64,000 bases of DNA from Clostridiaceae bacterium (GTDB lineage: Bacteria; Bacillota; Clostridia; Saccharofermentanales; DTU023). The notes under the pieces are model-generated. The model searched no databases. It was not told the DNA's origin and saw only the letters and a program-made list of their open reading frames with translations. How positions within the stretch are numbered: position 1 is the stretch's first letter; every line of letters starts with the position of its first letter. Where the stretch lies: positions 37,237-101,236 of the forward strand of contig DUVH01000015.1 of the NCBI GenBank assembly GCA_012841145.1. Direction: 5' to 3'. Made by a program: the position numbers and the translations under genes. Shown piece by piece: positions 9,345 to 18,754 of this stretch.

Positions 9345-11029
9345 CACCGAATAAGCTCCTTTATCCGAATCGCCAGTTGTATATTGAACGCCGTTTCAGG
9401 ATCTCGCAGATCAATCCCGTAAACATCGCGAATCCTGTTGATCCGATAAATAATCGTGTTGTAGTGCGTAAACAATATCTCCGACACGCGTTTCAAGTTA
9501 CCGCCGGAAGCGAAATAAACGCGCACTGTTTCGAGCAGATCGCCGTGCTGCCTGTGATCGTGTTCTTCAAGCGGATTAAGGATTTCATCCGCATAGGCAA
9601 GCGCCTCATCTCTGAGGAGCGGGTGTCCCAACACACGAAGCAATCCCAGATCATCGTAATAGAGAACGGGGTTATCCCTTTCCTGTCGGCTCATCAGTAT
9701 GCGAACAGTCTGCTCCGCCTGTTGTAAACTCATCGGCAAAGAGCGAAACGTCTCGACGCACGAACCGACTCCGATGAAAGTATAATCAAGCACGCCTTTC
9801 TCATCGATGCACTTGATCAGCGTATCGATAAATCGTTGCGCATCAGCCTCCCGCCTCTCGGATGTACACTCTTTATCAAACTGCAAGAGAAAGACGGCGC
9901 GATCACTTTTTCGCGTCACGAGAAAGTAGCCGTCGTACTCCTGCTTCAAGCGATTTGTGAGGTTTAAGAGATTCGTGTTGAGGTTCTTGGCCATGCGTGC
10001 GTTATTGGGCGTCAGCTGATACTGCCTATTCTGTTCCATCATGAGCACGACGCATTGGCTTGGAAGATCAGGATGAAACAGATAAAAATCGGCATTCTCG
10101 AGCGCTTTGTTCTGTTCTTCCCGATCATCACTGAGCAGCTGCTCGAGAAAGGTAGTCTGATGGACATTTTCTCGCTCTACGAGCGTAATACGATTTAAGA
10201 TATCAAGAGCGATCAGCGACGTAGCCGACTCGATCACGAATAAATCCTGCACGCGAATCACATTTTCCGTATCCCACAGATAGATGCTTCCGTAGTGCAT
10301 ATTGTCAAAGTAGATGGGAATCGCAAATCGTTTGACGGAATGCTCTGTCACGATCGACTCGCTGATACGCATATCGGGAGCTTGCGGGTAACGTCTTGAG
10401 AAAGCATTGGCCATCACATCCTTCAAATCATCCTCGATCATCGCCTCTTTATCACGATCCAGACAATAAAAGTGAACATCGCGGAAAATGTCATCACAGA
10501 TAGCGACGGGCACTCGAACGGAACGGTAGATCTGTTCTGCGATCGCTTTCATACCGCCATGACGCAACATGATATTGCGCACTTTCGAATTGAAATCATT
10601 GATATGACCCAGCAATTTAGTCTGCTCACCGATGATCCTGTTGAAAATCTCTTTAATCAGATCCCCATAGGGTACTGCTTGAGGAATTCTAATGATGGGG
10701 AACGAGATCTCATCGGCAATTTTCAGCACATTTTCAGGCACCTCGCTGATGTATCTCTGCGTCTTAATCCCCATTCCACAAACTTGTCGCTCCTTCAACT
10801 GAGGGATAAGGCGCTCAAATGCCCCAATATCACGACTGAACGTATACGCCGTCGTCAAAAGGAATTCACCGGGACGAACCCAGTCGACAATATCGGGAAC
10901 TTCAAGAACATTGACAGAGACAATCCTGTTGGTCAGACCGTCTTTCCCTGCCAACACTTCAGCATCTTTCAACAAACTGACTTGTAGAATATCTTTTAAT
11001 TCAATCATAAGTTTGTGATCGTTAGGCAT
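9344..11029 (-). CDS. PucR-family transcriptional regulator (purine catabolism regulator-like)
   Basis: 561 aa. Has the N-terminal PucR-type sensory region and the C-terminal PucR helix-turn-helix (LKRVSEILFTHYNTIIYRINRIRDVYGIDL). First gene of the operon. Confidence 0.8.
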   Translation of the reverse strand: MPNDHKLMIELKDILQVSLLKDAEVLAGKDGLTNRIVSVNVLEVPDIVDWVRPGEFLLTTAYTFSRDIGAFERLIPQLKERQVCGMGIKTQRYISEVPENVLKIADEISFPIIRIPQAVPYGDLIKEIFNRIIGEQTKLLGHINDFNSKVRNIMLRHGGMKAIAEQIYRSVRVPVAICDDIFRDVHFYCLDRDKEAMIEDDLKDVMANAFSRRYPQAPDMRISESIVTEHSVKRFAIPIYFDNMHYGSIYLWDTENVIRVQDLFVIESATSLIALDILNRITLVERENVHQTTFLEQLLSDDREEQNKALENADFYLFHPDLPSQCVVLMMEQNRQYQLTPNNARMAKNLNTNLLNLTNRLKQEYDGYFLVTRKSDRAVFLLQFDKECTSERREADAQRFIDTLIKCIDEKGVLDYTFIGVGSCVETFRSLPMSLQQAEQTVRILMSRQERDNPVLYYDDLGLLRVLGHPLLRDEALAYADEILNPLEEHDHRQHGDLLETVRVYFASGGNLKRVSEILFTHYNTIIYRINRIRDVYGIDLRDPETAFNIQLAIRIKELIR

Positions 11030-11559
11030 GATTTGTACTCCAGATCTATTTTATACGAATTCGACAGAAAATGATTTAGTTTTAAATAACAATGTCAAAA
11101 ATATTATATCACAGTCATGTGTGAAATTAGCACAGATTTTTATCATTAATTAACAATCTTCTTGCATAAAGTGATTGGTTTTTGAATTTTCATTTTAGTG
11201 ATTATTTATAATTAGACTCAAATTAAAAGAATAAGAACAAATCAAATGCCTCAAACGGCAGCGCCGCCGTATCTTGCACTTACGAAATGGCCGCATCGCA
11301 ATTATAACTCGAATCGCACAAAAAAACAGACGTGAATATCATCGTATTTGTTGATTGATACCAAATCTAAGTCAGAGAACTCTAATAACTTGTACCCAGT
11401 AACAAGGTTCTATTCCAATAAACGTGTTAAAATTGGTAATATCGAACTAGTATTGGTGGCTATATCGTCCGGATAGTCAGTTTCCTGACGGATAAACATC
11501 AATAAGAAAACGGCTCGAATTCAATCCGAAGAGAAAGTCTTTATCGCAAGGAGGTTTCT
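11030..11559. promoter_or_regulatory. 530-bp AT-rich divergent control region between the PucR operon and the Mo-hydroxylase operon
   Basis: Visibly much more AT-rich than the flanking coding DNA. I saw no credible ORF in it. It contains short hairpins (e.g. GTCAGtttcCTGAC near 11478-11491). It must hold both divergent promoters. Confidence 0.6.
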
Positions 11560-12411
11560 GTGCTAAGTCAATTTGATTATGTCAAACCGCTTGTTCTGGA
11601 TGAGGCGCTCGCAGCTCTTGCAAAGGAAGATGATTCCTATGTATTGGCAGGAGGTACTGACCTCCTGATCATGTTGCGCCACAATCTGATCAATGCCCGC
11701 CACATCATTGACATCAAGGGCATCCCCGAACTGAATGAACTTTGTTTTATTGAGAACGAAGGCCTGACGATCGGCGCCAATGTGGTGGTAAACGCGCTCG
11801 TTGACTCGGAGCTCGTCAAGAACAAGTACAAAGCATTACATGACGCCGCCTCATGTCTCGCGTCGTTTCAATTGAGAAACAGAGCGACACTTGTCGGCAA
11901 CATTTGTAATGCCTCACCCGGGGCAGACCTGCCCCCCGCACTTCTAATCTATGACGCCGTCGTCAAGATCGCGAGCGTTGACGGAGTGCGAGAAGTTCCG
12001 CTCGTAGAATTCTTTACAGGTGTCAAGAAAACAGTCCTGTCAGATGAAGAGCTCGTCATCTCCGTCTTCCTGCCCGATCCGGGCGAGAATGACTCAAGCT
12101 GCTATATGCGTCAGACACGCCTCAAGGGGCACGACCTCTCGACCGTAGGCGTCGCGTGCCGGCTGGACGGAGAAGGTAAAGTCTCCGTCGCCATCGGTGC
12201 CGTCGCGACCACACCGCTCAGGCTGACCGCGTTGGAAGCCGAGATCAATCAGAGAGGCATCTCCGAGGAGACAATTTTGTGGGCGTCGAATGCCATCAAC
12301 GATCACATTAAACCGATCTCAGACGTACGCGCATCAGAAGCTTACCGCCGCCATATGGCGTCAGTTCTTCTGAAACGATGCCTAGTGACATTGACAGGCA
12401 AGGAGGTATAA
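11560..12411 (+). CDS. molybdenum hydroxylase FAD-binding subunit (CoxM/XdhB-like)
   Basis: 283 aa, GTG start after AGGAGG. Shows the FAD-binding PCMH-type pattern (LAGGTDLLIMLR) and a CO-dehydrogenase flavoprotein C-terminal region (DVRASEAYRRHMA). Confidence 0.85.
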   Translation: MLSQFDYVKPLVLDEALAALAKEDDSYVLAGGTDLLIMLRHNLINARHIIDIKGIPELNELCFIENEGLTIGANVVVNALVDSELVKNKYKALHDAASCLASFQLRNRATLVGNICNASPGADLPPALLIYDAVVKIASVDGVREVPLVEFFTGVKKTVLSDEELVISVFLPDPGENDSSCYMRQTRLKGHDLSTVGVACRLDGEGKVSVAIGAVATTPLRLTALEAEINQRGISEETILWASNAINDHIKPISDVRASEAYRRHMASVLLKRCLVTLTGKEV

Positions 12412-12414
12412 AAC

Positions 12415-12972
12415 ATGACAGTCGCAGAATTGAAACATGACGAAAAAGGTTGTGCCATGGAGACGGCGCATATCAGTTCGGCAAGAGAATCTCGTGTTGT
12501 CATTGACCTTGTCGTCAACGGAGAGCGCGTAATCGAAGAAATCGAACCGAACATGCTCTTGCTCCACTTTTTGCGTGACAAGCTGAAGCTTTTCGGCGCA
12601 AAAGAATCGTGCGGAGAAGGTGAATGCGGCGCATGCACCGTTCTGATGAACGGCTACGCCGTTACGTCCTGTCTCGTCCTAGCTATTGAGGCGAACGGCG
12701 CTGAGATACTCACCGTTGAGGGCCTTTCCAAAGGAAATGAACTCAGCATTCTCCAGCAGGAATTCGTGTTCCAGGATGCGCTCCAATGCGGTTTCTGCAC
12801 ACCGGGCATGCTGATGTCGGCGCGCGGACTCCTCGACAAGAACCCCGATCCGACCGATGAAGAGATTCGCGAGGCAATGGCAGGCAACCTCTGTCGTTGC
12901 ACCGGGTATCTCCAGATCTTCGATGCGGTCAAACGGGCTGCCGAGCGCGAGAGAGAAGAGAGAGAGGAGTAG
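12415..12972 (+). CDS. molybdenum hydroxylase [2Fe-2S] subunit (CoxS/XdhC-type iron-sulfur subunit)
   Basis: 185 aa. Two cluster motifs are present: CGEGECGACTV and CGFCTPGM...CRCTGY. It has a ~28 aa N-terminal extension relative to typical small subunits (alternative start at the internal METAH...). Confidence 0.9.
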   Translation: MTVAELKHDEKGCAMETAHISSARESRVVIDLVVNGERVIEEIEPNMLLLHFLRDKLKLFGAKESCGEGECGACTVLMNGYAVTSCLVLAIEANGAEILTVEGLSKGNELSILQQEFVFQDALQCGFCTPGMLMSARGLLDKNPDPTDEEIREAMAGNLCRCTGYLQIFDAVKRAAEREREEREE

Positions 12973-12979
12973 GATACTC

Positions 12980-15394
12980 ATGTCAAATCTTTGTCAATTA
13001 GAAAACTTTGAATACAGTTGCTGCAGGGATTACGAGTCTAAGTACAAGCATGTGGGACAACCCTACGTCAGGAAAGATGCCGTCGAAAAGGTGACGGGTC
13101 AGGCAACGTATACGGTCGACATGGAACTGCCCGGTATGCTACACGCGAAGACTCTGCACTCACCTTATGCTAGAGCGAGAATTGTCTCGATCGATATGAG
13201 CAAGGCAAGAGCGCTCTATGGCGTCAAAGCCTGTCTGTGCGGTGAAGATGCCAATACAAAAGTCGGTCTTTACATGCAGGATAAGATGGTCTTTGCCAGC
13301 GGTGAAACGCGCTATCAAGGTGAAGTCGTCGCCGCCGTCGCCGCCACAACGGAAGCGATCGCGGAGCGCGCCATTTCTCTCATCGAAGTCGAATATGAAG
13401 TGCTCGAACCGGTGATCAATGTCGACCAGGCGCTTGAAGCGAAGACACTCGTCCACCCGGACATCAATACGATACAACATACTGTGGGCGTCTTCTTCCC
13501 GCAACCCGATACCAACATCGCTAGCCTCAATACGAGCCGCCGCGGCAGCCTCGTAAAGGGTTTCGAGGAAGCCGATCTCATCGTCGAGAACGAATTCTCG
13601 TTACCTGCCGTCGCACACGTTCCTCTTGAAACACACGTGACGATTGTCGAAGCTGATCCTTACACCGATAAAATCCGTATATGGTCCTCAGCGCAATCAC
13701 CGTTCGCCTTGAGACAGATGATGGCGGCCGCATTCGACATTAAGGAATCCGATATTGAAGTTCATATTCCTTACGTCGGCGGAGCTTTCGGAGGAAAAGC
13801 CGGCATCCACCTCGAGCCGTTGGTCACCTTGTTGTCGAAAGCTGCAGGTGGAGTTCCCGTCAAGCTGCGCATGACGCGTGAGCAGGAATTCAATTACATG
13901 CCAACACGCGCCGGCATGCGCGGCAGGATCAAGTCGGGTGTAACGAAGGACGGCCAGATCACTGCAACCGAAATCGTGTACGACTGGGACAGCGGCGCAT
14001 ACGCTGACTACGGAGTCAACGTCGGAAAGACTGCCGTTTACGGCGGTCTCGGCCCTTACGACATTCCAAATGCGAGCATCGTCTCGAACACAATTTACAC
14101 GAACAAAGTCTTCAGCACAGCGTACCGCGGTTTTGGTCACCTCGAGACTCTCTGGACAGTGGAACGTCAAACCGATATCCTCTCACAGAAACTCGGGATC
14201 GATCCTTATGAATTCCGCATGATGAATTTGTTGAAGCCGGGATCAAAGACAATCACAGAGGAAACCATCACGGAGAGCTCCGGTAGTCCTTGCGACTGCT
14301 TGTCCGCCGTCGTCAAAGAAATCGGATGGACCGGACGCAAGACACAGGAAGAACGCGAGAAAGAGTGGAAAACAGGTAAGGTTCGCGGCAAGGGTTTCGC
14401 CATGATCCAAAAGGCGCCGGCGATGCCTGCTAATACGGCCACATCCGTCATCATGCAGATGGCTGGGGACGGGCACGTCAATATCATGATGGGAGCCGTC
14501 GACTACGGGCAGGGCGCGCTCACGGCGCTCGCTCAGATCGCGGCGCAAGAGCTCGATATCCCGTTTGACATGGTCAAGGTCATTCCGCAAACCAATACGG
14601 AGACCAATCCATACGACTGGAACACCGTGGCGTCTAAGCTCACATTCATGGCGGGCAATGCCGTCATTCAAGCAAGCCGTAACATGGTCGCCCAGTTGAA
14701 AGACGTCGCGGCTCGCGCTCTGCGCTGCTCACCCGACGTGTTGGCGCATGCTGACGGTTACATTTACAAAAAGCACATGCCGGAAATCCGTATTGCTTAC
14801 AAGGACATGGCACTCGGTTATGCTTATCCGGACGGCATGGGAATCGGCGGCCCGATCATTTCGCACGGCGTTTGCATGGCGGACGGTCTGACGAACCTCG
14901 ACCCGAAATCGGGTAAAGGCTTCCCTGCCCTCGCATGGACATTCGGCGCACACGCCGTCGAGATTGAACTTGACGTCGAAAGCGGAAACATCGATATCCT
15001 GAAAGTCGCTTCGGCGTTCGACATCGGACAAGTCATCAACGAAAGAATGGTCTACAGCCAAGTCGTCGGCGGCGTCATGCAGGGAATCGGATCTGCGATC
15101 CTCGAAGGGTACAAATTCAGTCCCGACAATGTGTTGCTGAACCCCTCGTTCACCGATAACAAGATCCCGACGATGAAAGATATGCCGTTCGAGGTCGTCC
15201 CGATCTACATCGAGAATCCTCAGTTAAACGGCCCATACGGTGCCCGCGGTATTGCGGAACACACGATGATCTCCGTTCCCTCCGCGATCGGCAATGCTCT
15301 CTATGAGGCGACAGGCATCAACTTCTATCGTCTGCCGCTCACACCGGAGAACGTCATGCTGGGTATTCTGTCAGGCAAAAAAGACATTAAATAA
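12980..15394 (+). CDS. molybdenum hydroxylase molybdopterin-binding large subunit (xanthine dehydrogenase / aldehyde oxidase family)
   Basis: The track ORF starts at 12857 inside the FeS gene. The ATG at 12980 follows GAGAGAGGAG and gives MSNLCQLENF...VGQPYVRKDAVEKVTGQATYTVD, a typical a/b-hammerhead start. About 804 aa. Substrate cannot be inferred. Confidence 0.85.
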   Translation: MSNLCQLENFEYSCCRDYESKYKHVGQPYVRKDAVEKVTGQATYTVDMELPGMLHAKTLHSPYARARIVSIDMSKARALYGVKACLCGEDANTKVGLYMQDKMVFASGETRYQGEVVAAVAATTEAIAERAISLIEVEYEVLEPVINVDQALEAKTLVHPDINTIQHTVGVFFPQPDTNIASLNTSRRGSLVKGFEEADLIVENEFSLPAVAHVPLETHVTIVEADPYTDKIRIWSSAQSPFALRQMMAAAFDIKESDIEVHIPYVGGAFGGKAGIHLEPLVTLLSKAAGGVPVKLRMTREQEFNYMPTRAGMRGRIKSGVTKDGQITATEIVYDWDSGAYADYGVNVGKTAVYGGLGPYDIPNASIVSNTIYTNKVFSTAYRGFGHLETLWTVERQTDILSQKLGIDPYEFRMMNLLKPGSKTITEETITESSGSPCDCLSAVVKEIGWTGRKTQEEREKEWKTGKVRGKGFAMIQKAPAMPANTATSVIMQMAGDGHVNIMMGAVDYGQGALTALAQIAAQELDIPFDMVKVIPQTNTETNPYDWNTVASKLTFMAGNAVIQASRNMVAQLKDVAARALRCSPDVLAHADGYIYKKHMPEIRIAYKDMALGYAYPDGMGIGGPIISHGVCMADGLTNLDPKSGKGFPALAWTFGAHAVEIELDVESGNIDILKVASAFDIGQVINERMVYSQVVGGVMQGIGSAILEGYKFSPDNVLLNPSFTDNKIPTMKDMPFEVVPIYIENPQLNGPYGARGIAEHTMISVPSAIGNALYEATGINFYRLPLTPENVMLGILSGKKDIK

Positions 15395-15422
15395 TCCACG
15401 TGACCTGTGACATAGTCCACCA

Positions 15423-15462
15423 GTGTCCCGGAACACAGCATCGTGATCCGGGACACTTTTTT
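15423..15462. terminator. rho-independent terminator shared by the convergent Mo-hydroxylase and bioY transcripts
   Basis: GTGTCCCGGA (15423-15432) pairs with TCCGGGACAC (15447-15456), followed by TTTTTT. Confidence 0.75.
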
Positions 15463-15464
15463 CG

Positions 15465-16001
15465 TTATGTCGTTCCGGTCTTATCCGAAAAAGGGGTTAA
15501 GCGATACGCAAGAAACCATGCGGTAACAGCCTTGAGAGCATCTCCCGGTAAAAATACAACCATCCCTGTCATGAGGATATTCCCAAAAGTTATTGTTTGA
15601 TTCAGATAGAAACGAAGAACCAAAGCCATGTACGGCAAACCTAAAATGTAGATTAGAAACGTAACGGCGGCAATATTAAGCGCCGTCCGGACACAGTTCC
15701 CTTTGTTTCTTTGCGTCAAAAAGGAAAGGAGCGGTGACGCGACCACAAAAGCGAGAACAAAACCGAAGCCGGGCGAAACGAAAGGCGATGAACCGCCTAG
15801 GATAATCTTCAAAAACGCATGGAGCAGCATAGCCAAACATGACGTAGCCGGTTTCAGAAGAAGTCCTGCCATAAGTACAGCGAGTGTCTGCAGCGTGATG
15901 GGAACAGGCCCGACAGGTATTCTGATAAAACCGAACACAAACGTCAGCACGCCGAACAAAGCGGCGTACGTCATCATTCTTGTCGTCACTTTCACCTTCA
16001 T
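15465..16001 (-). CDS. bioY: biotin transporter S-component BioY
   Basis: 178 aa, multi-pass membrane protein. BioY-like sequence (IRIPVGPVPITLQTLAVLMAGLLL). Adjacent to birA. Confidence 0.85.
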   Translation of the reverse strand: MKVKVTTRMMTYAALFGVLTFVFGFIRIPVGPVPITLQTLAVLMAGLLLKPATSCLAMLLHAFLKIILGGSSPFVSPGFGFVLAFVVASPLLSFLTQRNKGNCVRTALNIAAVTFLIYILGLPYMALVLRFYLNQTITFGNILMTGMVVFLPGDALKAVTAWFLAYRLTPFSDKTGTT

Positions 16002-16058
16002 TATTCAACCTCAGCCCCGCGACATAATACATAGTCGGTGTCGGTTATATAAAGAAAA

Positions 16059-17069
16059 CTAAAAGCTGACGAGGCTGATTTCACCCGATGTGATTTCGCG
16101 TATTTTGCCATCGGCATCGCAATAAGTGAGCGCGCCGTCATCCGAAATGCCGGTCGGAACGATCGTGCGGCCGTCATCAAGAACCACTTCCCTGTCGATA
16201 ATAAAACAGCGCTCACGATACTCGTCGAGATAATCCCGACCGGGGAGCTCGCTCATAATGCAAGTCAACTCATTAATCATCATCGCGACTAAAACGTTGC
16301 GATTAAACGTGAGATTGCCCTCTTCATCTTTTGCGAAAGCCGTCCCGTCGATACACATGTTCGTGTGATCCAAAGCATCGGATAGAGCGCCGACCTTTTC
16401 CCGCAACTCAGCAGGATAGCCTTGTTCAGGACGCTCCAAATTCAAACCGACACCTATTACAATTGCTTTTTCATCTGACAAATCACGTTGTGCTATCGCT
16501 TCAGTCAATATGCCGCCAACCTTTTTCCCATCAATGAAAATATCGTTCACCCATTTAACATCGGCGCGCACCCCTAACTCTCTTTCGAGAACACGACAAA
16601 TAGCAACAGCCGCCATCGTCGTCAGAAGCGAAGGAGGCTCTTCGCGATCCCAGGAAAAAGCGAGTGAAAAATAGAGTCCGACATGAGGCGGAGAATAAAA
16701 AGACTTACCACGGCGTCCTCTTCCGCCCGTCTGTCCGTTCGTAACGATGAGACACGGAATCTTTCCTTCGCCGACCGCCACCCTCGCGAAAAGGTTTGTC
16801 GAAGTAACTGTCTCAAAACAGCGAATATACAGGTCGCTCCAATCATCGGATAATCGACTCCTAATAGCTTCTTCCGAGAAAAGATACGGTTCGCTGACTA
16901 GGCGATACCCGCGATTCTGGACGCCTTCAATCACATACCCCTGACTTCTGAAAACGTCGATTACTTTCCATACGGCTGTACGTGATACGTCAAGTTTTGA
17001 TGCTATTTGCTCCCCCGATAGAGACTCTTCTGCTTCTTTAAGTAATTTCAAAATAATCTGATTGTTCAT
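16059..17069 (-). CDS. birA: bifunctional biotin-[acetyl-CoA-carboxylase] ligase / biotin operon repressor
   Basis: 336 aa. N-terminal winged HTH (LSGEQIASKLDVSRTAVWKVIDVFRSQGYVIEG), followed by a ligase core with GRGRRGKSF (the GRGRxGR motif). Confidence 0.9.
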   Translation of the reverse strand: MNNQIILKLLKEAEESLSGEQIASKLDVSRTAVWKVIDVFRSQGYVIEGVQNRGYRLVSEPYLFSEEAIRSRLSDDWSDLYIRCFETVTSTNLFARVAVGEGKIPCLIVTNGQTGGRGRRGKSFYSPPHVGLYFSLAFSWDREEPPSLLTTMAAVAICRVLERELGVRADVKWVNDIFIDGKKVGGILTEAIAQRDLSDEKAIVIGVGLNLERPEQGYPAELREKVGALSDALDHTNMCIDGTAFAKDEEGNLTFNRNVLVAMMINELTCIMSELPGRDYLDEYRERCFIIDREVVLDDGRTIVPTGISDDGALTYCDADGKIREITSGEISLVSF

Positions 17070-17201
17070 ATTAATGAAAGTTTACCATAAATACGCACTG
17101 ACAATACTTAGCGACATCCTCTCTAACATGACAAATGCGTAACAATACTTTTGAAGTCACCTCTTTCTATAGCTAGGTCGATTACGTCAAAAGATATGAC
17201 G

Positions 17202-18680
17202 TCAGTCGATTGGCGGCGTAGAGGCCGGCGGCTTGCGGAACTTTGACAGCTGCTCGAATGCGTACGCGATCTCAATCAAAACAGGCTCGCTGAAAGGGCG
17301 TCCGATGATTTCAAGACCGACCGGAACGCCGACGGGTGCATCAGGAGCCGGTGCAAACCCTGCCGGAACGGCAATCGAAGGAAAGCCTGTCGCCGAACAT
17401 AGTACTCCGTTTCGCTGTTGCTGCCCTTCACCGATCAGGCAGACGAGCTGTTGTTGATGCGGATAGACGAGCGCATCCAATTGACGATCAGCCATGATGT
17501 TCATAATCCTCGTGCGCATCTCCGCCTGTCTGATTAATTTCTTATTGTATGCCGCCGTACCGACGTCCAGTTTCAAGGCCGTCAGCATATTATCTTCAAT
17601 GCCAGGATGATACTTCCCACCCGCCAGAATCTCCTCAACTGAATGGACGGGAGCGTCATCTCCAAGCGCCGAGAGATAGCCGTTGAGATGTGTTTTGAAA
17701 TCATCGAGATGGACGCTGGCATTCCGAATCATCTCATCGGAATCGATATCGTCATCGACCTCGATCAGTACGGCACCGCCCTCTTCAAAGACAGCCAGAG
17801 CTTCTTTCATCACGTCATTGACCGGTTCATTAATCTCCTCTTTGCCGAAAAAACTGCGTAAGATCCCTACTCGCTTACCTTGCAAACCGTCAAGCTTAAG
17901 AAACGGCATGTAACTTTCCGGTTGACGACCGATACTCCAAGCTGTCTCGGGATCATCTGGATCATAACCTGCGATCACGTCAAGCGTCCGCACGCAATCC
18001 TCAACCGTCCTGCAGATCGGTCCCGCCGTATCCTGCGTCAGACTGTACGGAACAATACCCGCACGGCTCACAAGTCCGACCGTCGGCCTTATACCTGCGA
18101 GACTGCACGCCGAAGCGGGACTCCTGATTGAATTGATTGTGTCGGTTCCGATACCGATAATTCCGATGTTGGCAGCGATCGCCGAACCTGTTCCGCCGGA
18201 AGAACCTCCGGGCGTACGCGTCAAATCATAAGGGTTGACCGTCTGTCCGAGCATGGAGCTGATCGTCTCGCCCCAGATCGCGAATTCATGGAGGTTCGTC
18301 TTTGCCAGAATGATGGCGCCTGCTTCCCGCAGGCGTTTCGTGATAAAAGCGTCCTCGTTAGGAACATAGCCCTCAAGCGAAGCAGATCCGGCCGTCGTCG
18401 CCATGTCAAACGTATTGACATTGTCTTTCAACATGACAGGGATGCCGTGGAGCGGTCCTTGCAGCTCGCCTGTCTCCGCCAACATTCGGTCGAGAGCGTC
18501 GGCTTCATCGCATGCTTTCGGGTTAACCTCTATAATTGAATGAAGCGAGGGGCCTTGTTTATCATAAGCTTCGATACGTTTTAAATACGCATCGACGAGT
18601 TCACGGCTTGTCACTTCGCCTGCCTTCATCGAGGCATGAACGAGCGCAACCGTCGTTTCCATGATGTCAAAATATTTCAT
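17202..18680 (-). CDS. amidase-signature family amidohydrolase
   Basis: 492 aa. Has the classic signature GGSSGGTGSAIAA and the Ser-cisSer-Lys context. Lies 74 nt downstream of the decarboxylase beta subunit on the same strand. Confidence 0.85.
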   Translation of the reverse strand: MKYFDIMETTVALVHASMKAGEVTSRELVDAYLKRIEAYDKQGPSLHSIIEVNPKACDEADALDRMLAETGELQGPLHGIPVMLKDNVNTFDMATTAGSASLEGYVPNEDAFITKRLREAGAIILAKTNLHEFAIWGETISSMLGQTVNPYDLTRTPGGSSGGTGSAIAANIGIIGIGTDTINSIRSPASACSLAGIRPTVGLVSRAGIVPYSLTQDTAGPICRTVEDCVRTLDVIAGYDPDDPETAWSIGRQPESYMPFLKLDGLQGKRVGILRSFFGKEEINEPVNDVMKEALAVFEEGGAVLIEVDDDIDSDEMIRNASVHLDDFKTHLNGYLSALGDDAPVHSVEEILAGGKYHPGIEDNMLTALKLDVGTAAYNKKLIRQAEMRTRIMNIMADRQLDALVYPHQQQLVCLIGEGQQQRNGVLCSATGFPSIAVPAGFAPAPDAPVGVPVGLEIIGRPFSEPVLIEIAYAFEQLSKFRKPPASTPPID

Positions 18681-18754
18681 GGTATATTATTACCTCCTAA
18701 ATTACGTCAATAACAATTGTCTTGAGCTCTTAACAGTTAATCCCGAGCAGGCCT

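Noticed and set aside
12857-12979. 5' extension of the Moco-subunit ORF overlapping the FeS gene by 116 nt
   Set aside because: The internal ATG at 12980, with an upstream GAGGAG, sits just after the FeS stop and gives a normal large-subunit N-terminus. The long overlap is unlikely.
16002-17201. BirA operator (inverted TGTTAACC / GGTTAACA-type repeat) upstream of bioY or birA
   Set aside because: Only weak half-site look-alikes are present: TTCAACC ... GGTTATA with a 32-nt spacer upstream of bioY, and a direct rather than inverted ACAATACTT repeat upstream of birA. This is not convincing.
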